Source: a bacterium
GTDB taxonomy: Bacteria; JAMCPX01
Assembly: GCA_037439545.1 (NCBI GenBank)
Contig: JBBIVV010000042.1
Coordinates: forward strand, 1 to 16,916
DNA: 16,916 bases
Direction of reading: 5' to 3'
Below the pieces are notes generated by a model. The model saw only the letters and a program-made list of their open reading frames with translations. It ran no database searches and had not been told where the DNA came from. Position 1 is the stretch's first letter. Every line of letters begins with the position of its first letter. The translations under genes and the position numbers were made by a program. Shown here in pieces: positions 1-7,217 of this stretch.

Positions 1-19
1 GGATTAGATATTAGAATTT
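1..19. repeat. Truncated end of a heptamer-periodic repeat (same family as 423-529)
   Basis: AGATATT (6-12) and AGAATTT (13-19) are exact reverse complements of units AATATCT (437-443) and AAATTCT (423-429); cut off by the window edge. Confidence 0.55.
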
Positions 20-31
20 CAAAAATGGTCG

Positions 32-376
32 TTATGTGTGCGGTGTCCAGAAATTTACCTGTTGAACGTGCGTTTCTTTTGTAAGAAGCTTTTTTATGTC
101 CTGTCTTTCTCCATCATTGGTCACCGGCTCGATATCGGATGTATCGATCCCGCCCGCATCTTTCCCGTTTTTCCAGTTAACGATGTATCCGATAACAAGG
201 GCAAAACCGCATCCGCCCGGACCGCAGCACGAGCTGTCGACAACACTGCAGCCCGTATAATAGTAGACCTGCCTCTTGTGGTACGAAAGCTGTCCTTCCT
301 TTTCAAGCGAATAGTGACCTGAAATGGCCTGCATCTCCTCGCCCAATATTTGATGCGTATAGGTATAAACAGACAT
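32..376 (-). CDS. Hypothetical protein (114 aa) with Cys cluster C-x6-CC-x4-C
   Basis: ATG with upstream TAAGGCGG SD-like sequence; globular-looking composition; motif GCSVVDSSCCGPGGCG; same strand as the upstream thiolase operon. Confidence 0.75.
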   Translation of the reverse strand: MSVYTYTHQILGEEMQAISGHYSLEKEGQLSYHKRQVYYYTGCSVVDSSCCGPGGCGFALVIGYIVNWKNGKDAGGIDTSDIEPVTNDGERQDIKKLLTKETHVQQVNFWTPHT

Positions 377-397
377 AACCCGCCGCCTTATGTTTAT

Positions 398-425
398 AGT
401 ATAAGCACTCCGCTGGTAATGTAAA
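398..425 (-). promoter_or_regulatory. Putative sigma70 promoter for the 114-aa gene
   Basis: Minus strand TTTACA (425-420), 16-nt spacer, TATACT (403-398); the -10 ends 21 nt upstream of the ATG at 376. Confidence 0.4.
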
Positions 426-529
426 TTCTAAATCCGAATATCTAAATCTCAAACATTCCACGTCGTTTTGAGCTTTGGATTATCATCATTCGATATTGTT
501 TGGGAATTCGTATTTTGGATTTAGGATTT
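423..529. repeat. Imperfect long inverted repeat built from 7-nt units (REP/MITE-like intergenic element)
   Basis: Left arm AAATTCT-AAATCCG-AATATCT-AAATCTC-AAACA (423-455); right arm TGTTT-GGGAATT-CGTATTT-TGGATTT-AGGATTT (497-529); arms pair largely with G-U wobbles, with the third unit mismatched. Confidence 0.75.
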
Positions 530-536
530 TATATGG

Positions 537-1748
537 TTAGACTCCTTCTTTGCCTACAATGGCTATGCTTACGACATTCATGAACGGAAAACCTCCGAGG
601 TTATGGGTAAGTCCCAGTTTCGGATCTTTTAATTGTCTTTCACCCGCCCTGCCGTGCAATTGAAGATACATCTCATAAAGCATACGCAAGCCCGACGCCC
701 CTATCGGATGACCGAAGCATTTCAGTCCACCGTCTACCTGTGTCGGGATGCCTCCGCCTCTCAGGTCGAAAAATCCTTCCTGTATATCCTTTGGAGCACC
801 GCCCCTTGGCGATATGTGCAGGTCTTCATAAGTTATAAGCTCTGTGATGGAAAAACAATCATGAAGCTCCATCATACTGATCTCTTTTCTCGGGTCTTTT
901 ATCCCTGCCTCTTTATACGCGGTAACACTTGCCTTTGTCGTACTGACAAAATAGGTGCTGTCCCATTCGTTATATTGCACTTCTTCACCGTTGCTCAGCG
1001 CTATTTGTAAGGCCTTTACAGTGACCAGGTCCTTCTTGCCGAGCTTCTTTGCGATCTCGGGCGTGGTAACGATTGCTGCCGCTGCCCCGTCACTGACACC
1101 GCAGCAGTCAAACAACCCCAGGGGATGCGCCACCATCGGTGACGATATTGCCTGATCCTCCGTGATCGGTGTTCTGAGATGTGCCTTTGGATTCAGCGCA
1201 CCGTTTGCATGGCTTTTGACCGATACATGGGCAAGCGCGCGTTTCAGGTCATCTATGGAATATTTATATTTTGCTGCATACGCTGTTGCAAGCTGTGCAA
1301 ATGCACCCGGAGCCGTCATGTTGGGCATCCACAGCCAGTTCAGCGATCCGCTGTTTGAGCCTGAATTAGGCAATCCGCCGTATCCAATGTCCTTTAACTT
1401 TTCGACACCAAGTGCGAGGGCTATATCGTAAGCACCTGAGGCAACTGCATAAACAGCCCCTCTGAATGCCTCTGTTCCGCTTGCACAGAAGTTTTCAACC
1501 CTTGTTGCAGGGATATTCGGTAAACGCAGGGTCAATGACAGCGGAAGTGCGCTCTTTCCTATGTGTATCTCCTCGAAACAATCGCTGAGCCATGCTGCCT
1601 GAATCTGGTTCTTCTCTATGCCTGCATCTCCAATGGCTTCTTCAAATGCCTCTACCATGAGATCTTCTGCACCGGCATCCCACCTCTCGCCGAACTTTGT
1701 GCACCCCATACCTATGATTGCTACTTTATCTCTAATACCTGTCGACAT
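537..1748 (-). CDS. Thiolase-family acyl-CoA C-acyltransferase, SCP2/SCP-x type
   Basis: VAIIGMGCTKFG start; catalytic Cys88 in ENFCASG; ELHDCF (His296); GHPIGASG (His347); THNLGG instead of the CxG of classical thiolases; AAAGGAGG RBS. Confidence 0.93.
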   Translation of the reverse strand: MSTGIRDKVAIIGMGCTKFGERWDAGAEDLMVEAFEEAIGDAGIEKNQIQAAWLSDCFEEIHIGKSALPLSLTLRLPNIPATRVENFCASGTEAFRGAVYAVASGAYDIALALGVEKLKDIGYGGLPNSGSNSGSLNWLWMPNMTAPGAFAQLATAYAAKYKYSIDDLKRALAHVSVKSHANGALNPKAHLRTPITEDQAISSPMVAHPLGLFDCCGVSDGAAAAIVTTPEIAKKLGKKDLVTVKALQIALSNGEEVQYNEWDSTYFVSTTKASVTAYKEAGIKDPRKEISMMELHDCFSITELITYEDLHISPRGGAPKDIQEGFFDLRGGGIPTQVDGGLKCFGHPIGASGLRMLYEMYLQLHGRAGERQLKDPKLGLTHNLGGFPFMNVVSIAIVGKEGV

Positions 1749-1766
1749 GTGTTTTCCTCCTTTAAA

Positions 1767-3212
1767 CTATTTTGGTATAGCCTTCCAGAAATAACCGGTA
1801 AACCCGCGCTCTTTGTCAGAATACTTCTTTCTGAAGGACAGCTTTACCGTCTGACCAATCTGAACGCTTTCAAGGTCGCAGTCGGTAAAGTCGAGAAGAG
1901 TCCTTCCTCCGCCTTCAAACTGCACCATACCATACAGTGAAGGAGGCTCCACTGATACTGCAAGATAGTCTCCTGTAAATGACATGATCTTCGCTTCTTT
2001 TTCTGCAAATTCATAATACTCCTGGGTGTGAAATGCATTGCACTTCGGATTGACGCATACATTGGTCTTAGGGTACTGTACGGTACCGCATTTCGTGCAT
2101 TTACCTCCCACAAAACCCAGTATCATCTTTCTGTTCCGCCAAAGTGCTGTCAGGGCTGTTTGTGTCGCTGCCTCTGCCCGTATGCCAGTTTCAGCCTCTA
2201 TAAGTTCATTGAATTTCAGGAACTTTGCGTAACTTACTTCTTCTTTTCTGTTTTCCAGTGAGCCCTTTATGCCTTTTCTTGCGTTCAGCTTTTTTATATT
2301 GTCTGTTACTTCAAACAGAAGTGCGTCGCTGCCCTGCCCAAAGCTCGCAACGACGATCTTATCACCCGGTTTCGCCTGTTCAAGAGCAGAAACAAGGAGA
2401 ACAAGAGGATGGGCTGCGCCTGTTTCACCGGTAACCTCATGCATGTTGTCGATCATCTGATCCTTGGAAGCCCCTATCTTTTTAGCAATACCCTTATGCT
2501 CCCTTGTTATGAAGCATGGATAGACGACCTTCGAAATATCCTTGATCGAGAGCCCGTATTTCTTAAAAAGCCCGTTTATCGCCTGCGGAATAATCTTGGC
2601 ATAACCTTCTTCCCTGATCCATCTCTCTTCCCATGTGTAATCAAATGTTTTTCCCTGCCCCCTATAGTGATCTACAAAATCCACGGATAAAGAGTAAGAG
2701 CCTTTATACTCTGCAATGACGTTTTCATTCCCCAGCAACAGGGAAGCTGCACCATCTCCGAACCACATCTCATAGAAGCTTGCAGACCTTGTTTTCCGGT
2801 GATCCGCCGCTGTAACAAGAATAGTGTGCTTGTCCCCGCCCTTCAAGGATTCAAGCGCCGATATCACTGCCGTCGTCGCTGATTTTAATGAAGATGTAAT
2901 GTCTGCCGTAGCAATATCTTCTTTTAAGTTCAATGCGGCGGACACAATACCCGCATTCTGTCGGTCTGCAAAGGGAGGTGTCGTTGTTGCAAAAAACACA
3001 CCATCAATCTTTGCTTTATCGAGACCGGCAATGCAGTCCTTCGATGCTGCCACTGCCATTGTAATGCCGTCCTCATCCCAGTTGCACATGGAACGCTCGC
3101 CGTTTGCAACCATCATTAACGCAGGAATGTACCAACCCATCTCCTGAATGATCGACATCCTATTCAGTCTTCGTTTGGGGATATACCCACCATAGGACAC
3201 TATACCTACCAT
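1767..3212 (-). CDS. HMG-CoA synthase/KASIII-like domain fused to a C-terminal DUF35 (Zn-ribbon + OB-fold); probably catalytically inactive
   Basis: GIVSYGGYIP, DEDGITMAV, GDGAASLL, GETGAA, SFGQGSDA (HMGS fold); C-terminal CTKC...CVNPKC Zn ribbon, OB-fold ending YFWKA; AAGGAGG RBS; 18 nt from the thiolase. Confidence 0.9.
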   Translation of the reverse strand: MVGIVSYGGYIPKRRLNRMSIIQEMGWYIPALMMVANGERSMCNWDEDGITMAVAASKDCIAGLDKAKIDGVFFATTTPPFADRQNAGIVSAALNLKEDIATADITSSLKSATTAVISALESLKGGDKHTILVTAADHRKTRSASFYEMWFGDGAASLLLGNENVIAEYKGSYSLSVDFVDHYRGQGKTFDYTWEERWIREEGYAKIIPQAINGLFKKYGLSIKDISKVVYPCFITREHKGIAKKIGASKDQMIDNMHEVTGETGAAHPLVLLVSALEQAKPGDKIVVASFGQGSDALLFEVTDNIKKLNARKGIKGSLENRKEEVSYAKFLKFNELIEAETGIRAEAATQTALTALWRNRKMILGFVGGKCTKCGTVQYPKTNVCVNPKCNAFHTQEYYEFAEKEAKIMSFTGDYLAVSVEPPSLYGMVQFEGGGRTLLDFTDCDLESVQIGQTVKLSFRKKYSDKERGFTGYFWKAIPK

Positions 3213-3263
3213 TGTTTGCCTCCTTCTTTTATTGTTTTATTTCTTAAAATAATTCGACTGTTT

Positions 3264-3295
3264 CATTTTAAACTTCCCTTTGATTAAAATGTCAA
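3264..3295 (-). promoter_or_regulatory. Putative promoter of the HMGS-like/thiolase operon with an overlapping dyad
   Basis: TTGACA (3295-3290), 19-nt spacer, TAAAAT (3270-3265); inverted repeat CATTTTAA-N12-TTAAAATG (3264-3291). Confidence 0.5.
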
Positions 3296-3338
3296 CTAAT
3301 TGAAGAGCCTTCCCGATATGCGGGAAGAATAGTATTAG

Positions 3339-3376
3339 TTGACAGTGAAATTTCAGCGTGTATATTGTATACAATA
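3339..3376 (+). promoter_or_regulatory. Putative sigma70 promoter of citrate synthase with an overlapping palindromic operator
   Basis: TTGACA (3339-3344), 16 nt, TATATT (3361-3366); perfect 14-bp palindrome TATTGTATACAATA (3363-3376) over the -10 and start region. Confidence 0.65.
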
Positions 3377-3396
3377 AAAAAGAAAGGAGAGATTCT

Positions 3397-4701
3397 ATGA
3401 GTAAACTGAAAGAGAAGCTTTTAAAATTAATACCCTCTTGGAGGGAAGATGTTACCAAGTTAGCAAAGGAACACGGCAAAGTAAAATTTGACGAGGTTGA
3501 GATAGACCAGGTCCTTGGAGGCATGAGAGACATTAAATCAATGGTTTGCGAAACTTCATATCTTGATCCCCAGGAAGGCATCCGCTTTCGTAATTATACC
3601 ATACCTGATGTGCGTGAAAAGCTGCCCAAGCCCGATGCAAAGAGCGAGGCCTATCCCACGGGTCTGTGGTATCTGCTTTTAACGGGAGATATGCCGTCAA
3701 AAGACGATGTGCTTGAAATAGAAAATGAATTTAAGGCAAGGGCAGAGGTGCCGCAGTATGTATTCGATGTGATCAGGGCAATGCCTGTCGATACGCATCC
3801 AATGACGCAATTCGCAGCCGCTATACTGGTCCTGCAGAGAGAATCTCTTTTTGCAAAAAGATACAGCGAAGGCATGAAGAAAACAGAGTACTGGGAGCCC
3901 ATGCTCGAGGACTCAATGAACCTGCTGGCAAAACTGCCTGCAATAGCCGCTTATATATACCGGCATACCTATAAAGGCGACACCTTTATCAAGCCCGACC
4001 CTTCACTCGACTGGGGAGCAAACTTTGCACATATGATGGGTGTAGATAATGCGGAGTACAAGAACCTTATGCGGCTCTACCTGATACTGCACAGCGATCA
4101 CGAGAGCGGAAACGTGAGTGCGCATACGGGCCACTTAATCGCGACAGCGCTTTCCGACGTATATTACTCAATATCAGGCGCAATGGATGGGCTTGCAGGC
4201 CCGCTCCACGGACTTGCAAATCAGGAATGTCTGAAATGGATAATTGATCTTATGAAGCTGTACAACGGAGTACCTACCAAGGAACAAATAGATAAGTTTG
4301 CAAATGAGACTTTGAGCAGCGGCAAGGTCATCCCCGGTTATGGTCATGCGGTATTGAGAAAGACAGACCCAAGATATACGGCTCAACGCGAGTTTGCTTT
4401 AAAATACCTGCCTGATGACCCGATATTCAAAACCGTAAGCAACGTGTTCGAGGTAGTACCGAACGTATTATTAAAACAGGGTAAGGCAAAAAATCCATGG
4501 CCCAATGTGGATGCACATTCTGGCGCACTGCAGTGTCACTATGGAGTTACGCAGTATGATTTCTACACAGTTCTGTTTGGTGTTTCCCGGGCAATGGGCA
4601 TAACAGCTCAGATTATATGGGACAGGGCTGTCGGAGCTTCGCTTGAAAGACCGAAATCCGTAACTATTCAGATGCTTAAAGACGCAGTAGCGAAACCTTA
4701 A
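3397..4701 (+). CDS. gltA: Citrate (Si)-synthase, eukaryotic/mitochondrial-like type
   Basis: GGMRDIKSMVCETSYLDPQEGIRFR, HSDHESGNVSAH, GLAGPLHGLANQE, IPGYGHAVLRKTDPR, NPWPNVDAHSG, LERPKS; start moved from GTG 3358 to ATG 3397, which follows AAGGAG. Confidence 0.96.
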   Translation: MSKLKEKLLKLIPSWREDVTKLAKEHGKVKFDEVEIDQVLGGMRDIKSMVCETSYLDPQEGIRFRNYTIPDVREKLPKPDAKSEAYPTGLWYLLLTGDMPSKDDVLEIENEFKARAEVPQYVFDVIRAMPVDTHPMTQFAAAILVLQRESLFAKRYSEGMKKTEYWEPMLEDSMNLLAKLPAIAAYIYRHTYKGDTFIKPDPSLDWGANFAHMMGVDNAEYKNLMRLYLILHSDHESGNVSAHTGHLIATALSDVYYSISGAMDGLAGPLHGLANQECLKWIIDLMKLYNGVPTKEQIDKFANETLSSGKVIPGYGHAVLRKTDPRYTAQREFALKYLPDDPIFKTVSNVFEVVPNVLLKQGKAKNPWPNVDAHSGALQCHYGVTQYDFYTVLFGVSRAMGITAQIIWDRAVGASLERPKSVTIQMLKDAVAKP

Positions 4702-4724
4702 CGAGAAGATTTTTATAAAAATTT

Positions 4725-4757
4725 ACAGGGATTCAAGACTTTGAATCCCTGTTTTTT
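4725..4757 (+). terminator. Rho-independent terminator of gltA
   Basis: 12-bp perfect stem ACAGGGATTCAA-GACT-TTGAATCCCTGT followed by a T-run, 23 nt after the stop. Confidence 0.92.
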
Positions 4758-4936
4758 ATGAGCCCTTGACCACACCCGGGGGATGCAGTTTTGCGACTTT
4801 TTTGGCAAGCCCTGCACCGGTTTTCCTATCAACGACCCTGCTTTTTCATAGTATATACTGCCGGTGTTGTCCTCCGTTGTCCCCTGCATGGCCGTTGATG
4901 AACACCGGGACTCGTGGATAAGAACAGTGCCCCCTC

Positions 4937-4965
4937 TTGCATTTTTTGTATTGACTTCCTATTAT
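4937..4965 (+). promoter_or_regulatory. Putative sigma70 promoter of feoB
   Basis: TTGCAT (4937-4942), 17 nt, TATTAT (4960-4965); an alternative TTGACT lies at 4951-4956. Confidence 0.5.
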
Positions 4966-4966
4966 A

Positions 4967-4989
4967 TTATTGATAATCATTTTCAATAA
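4967..4989. promoter_or_regulatory. Fur box
   Basis: TTATTGATAATCATTTTCAATAA: core TGATAAT-C-ATTTTCA is one mismatch from the 7-1-7 Fur consensus, within a near-perfect 23-bp dyad directly upstream of an iron transporter. Confidence 0.88.
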
Positions 4990-5002
4990 GGAGCACTTGT
5001 CC

Positions 5003-7057
5003 GTGAAGAACAAGCATTTTATAAATCTACAGGTAGACCCGTGTCATGATGAAGGGGGCAGCGGCCCTGTATCTGATGACCGTGCCGGTATTACGGTAGC
5101 ACTTGCCGGCAATCCGAATGTGGGAAAGAGCACTGTCTTTAATATACTGACAGGGCTGAGCCAGCATGTCGGCAACTGGCCCGGGAAAACGGTCGAAAAA
5201 AAGGAAGGGTTCACTGTTCTGAACGGCAAAACCTATAAGATAGTGGACCTTCCCGGAACGTACAGTCTGTCATCGGGCTCTATAGAAGAGACCATTGCAG
5301 CGACCTATATCGTAGAACAGCACCCGGATGTTGTCGTATCGATCATAGATGCATCGAACCTTGATCGCAACATGTACCTGCTCGAGCAGATCCTTGAAAC
5401 GGGCACCCGGGTCGTCGTTGCTTTAAATATGCTCGATCTCGCCGCATCGAAAGGCGTTGAGATCGATGTCGAAAAACTGGAGAAAAACACCGGCATACCG
5501 GTGGTGCCCCTCATCGCGGTAAAAAACAAAGGCATCAAAGAACTGCTGGAGGTTATCAATCAGCTTGTGACGAATAAAAAGAACTTCAGCCCCGCTCCCC
5601 TGCACTATACAAAAACCATAGAAGGGCTCATCGCCGATCTGTCCGGAAGGCTTAAGAAGTATACCCTGCCCTTCGACAACATCAGGTGGCTGTCGATAAA
5701 AATACTTGAAGGGGACGAACATGTTGCCGATGTCCTGAAGTCCATCATAAGTTCCGATGATACCTCTTACATAAAGAATGTGCAGTCGAAAGCCGAAAGC
5801 CTTATCGCTGAGATAGCTGATTCAAGGTACGACTGGATACACAAGATTACTTCCCAATCCGCGACTCCCTTAAAGCTCACGGTGATAACATTTACCGATA
5901 AGCTGGATCACCTGCTTACCAACAGGTTCCTCGGCCTTGCGATGATAGTCCTGGTGCTCGGCTTTATATTCTGGGCTACCTTCAGTATCAGCAATCCTCT
6001 GATGGCAGGCATAAGCAGTCTGTTCGGTAAGCTCGATGCGTCGGTGAGTGCACTGCTCGTCAATACCCCCCTCTGGATAAGAGGGTTACTCGTGAACGGC
6101 ATTATCGGCGGAGTCGGGACCGTCGTTTCATTTTTTCCTTTGATATTTATCTTTTTTGTCTTTCTCGGCATTCTCGAAGACACCGGCTTGCTTGCGAGGT
6201 CGACATTCATCATGGACAGGATCATGCACCTGCTCGGCCTCCATGGAAAGAGTTTTATATGCCTGCTTGTCGGTTACGGATGTAATGTCCCGGGCGTTAT
6301 GTGTTCAAGGGTCATGGACAATGAAACAGACAGGAAACTATCCGTGCTGGTGAATCCGTTCATACCTTGTTCTGCAAGGTTCGTCGTTACCAGTCTTTTT
6401 GTAAGCGTATTTTTTCCTCATCATGCTGCACTGGTCATGCTGTCCGTGATCGTTCTCAGTTTTGCCGTCGTCGTTATGACCGGGCTGATCCTCAGAAAGA
6501 CCGTCCTCAAAGGAGAACGGTCTCCCCTTATCATAGAGCTTCCGCTTTACCGGCAGCCGAATGCGAGGACGGTAACCCTTTACGCATGGAACAAAACACT
6601 GAGTTTTTTCAAAAGAGCGGGCACATTCATCGTTTCTTTTACCATCATAATATGGTTTTTGTCCCATTATCCCGGTCAGACCATAGACCAGAGCATACTC
6701 GGCATTCTCGGTAAATGGCTCGAACCAATGGGGAGTGTCATAGGATTCGACTGGCGGATACTTGTTGCACTGATAAGCGGGTTTACTGCTAAGGAGACAT
6801 CCATAGCAACACTCAGTGTATTGTATAACGCCCAAAACACATCCGAGCTCGGGGCTGCATTAAAGCACGCTTTAAGTCCGCTCGTTGCGTATGTCTTTAT
6901 CATATTTCAAACCCTGTACATACCCTGCCTTGCAACCGTCGTGACCATGAAAAAGGAACTGCATGATAACAAGCTCCTTGCCATAGGCATTGTTTATCCG
7001 TTGATCATCGCATCATTGATCAGCTTTATAATCTACAGGGTGGGACTTGCCCTGTAA
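5003..7057 (+). CDS. feoB: Ferrous iron transport protein B
   Basis: G1 GNPNVGKS, VGNWPGKT, G3 DLPG, G4 NMLD; membrane domain with LEDTGLLAR, GYGCNVP, PCSAR, LYIPCLAT; start placed at GTG 5003 after AAGGAG (4988-4993); TTG 4997 is an alternative. Confidence 0.95.
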   Translation: MKNKHFINLQVDPCHDEGGSGPVSDDRAGITVALAGNPNVGKSTVFNILTGLSQHVGNWPGKTVEKKEGFTVLNGKTYKIVDLPGTYSLSSGSIEETIAATYIVEQHPDVVVSIIDASNLDRNMYLLEQILETGTRVVVALNMLDLAASKGVEIDVEKLEKNTGIPVVPLIAVKNKGIKELLEVINQLVTNKKNFSPAPLHYTKTIEGLIADLSGRLKKYTLPFDNIRWLSIKILEGDEHVADVLKSIISSDDTSYIKNVQSKAESLIAEIADSRYDWIHKITSQSATPLKLTVITFTDKLDHLLTNRFLGLAMIVLVLGFIFWATFSISNPLMAGISSLFGKLDASVSALLVNTPLWIRGLLVNGIIGGVGTVVSFFPLIFIFFVFLGILEDTGLLARSTFIMDRIMHLLGLHGKSFICLLVGYGCNVPGVMCSRVMDNETDRKLSVLVNPFIPCSARFVVTSLFVSVFFPHHAALVMLSVIVLSFAVVVMTGLILRKTVLKGERSPLIIELPLYRQPNARTVTLYAWNKTLSFFKRAGTFIVSFTIIIWFLSHYPGQTIDQSILGILGKWLEPMGSVIGFDWRILVALISGFTAKETSIATLSVLYNAQNTSELGAALKHALSPLVAYVFIIFQTLYIPCLATVVTMKKELHDNKLLAIGIVYPLIIASLISFIIYRVGLAL

Positions 7058-7140
7058 TCTTCTCCCTTACAGTACTTCGATGGCGATCCATACAAGGCAA
7101 TGCGTTCCCGCTTTCATAGGCGTGTCAGCCTTTACGACCA

Positions 7141-7169
7141 TTGAACTTTTCTCATACAAGTAATAGGTT
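7141..7169 (+). promoter_or_regulatory. Possible promoter of the 2-hydroxyacid dehydrogenase
   Basis: TTGAAC (7141-7146), 17 nt, TAGGTT (7164-7169). Confidence 0.3.
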
Positions 7170-7217
7170 CTAAGAAATTATATATGACAAATCTGTATGA
7201 AAAGGCGGTGAAATGCT

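Noticed and set aside
423..529. CRISPR array
   Set aside because: Units are 7 nt, degenerate and contiguous, with no unique spacers and no cas genes.
2886..2888. Selenocysteine or sequencing artefact at the HMGS catalytic position
   Set aside because: The codon is TTA (Leu) in an open frame, and the other catalytic positions are also substituted.
3291..3343. GTCAAC...GTTGAC as an IS200/IS605 end or IscB omegaRNA 5' stem
   Set aside because: No tnpA/tnpB/iscB nearby and no room for the rest of the RNA; two divergent -35 boxes explain it more simply.
3358..3396. N-terminal extension of citrate synthase from GTG 3358
   Set aside because: It overlaps the -10 and operator; the SD precedes ATG 3397.
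3237..3581. 114-aa minus-strand ORF
   Set aside because: Antisense shadow of gltA that runs across the promoter region; no recognisable motifs.
4855..4930. NiCo/czcD or yybP-ykoY metal riboswitch upstream of feoB
   Set aside because: Conserved junction sequences were not recognised, and the likely feoB promoter lies downstream of this segment.
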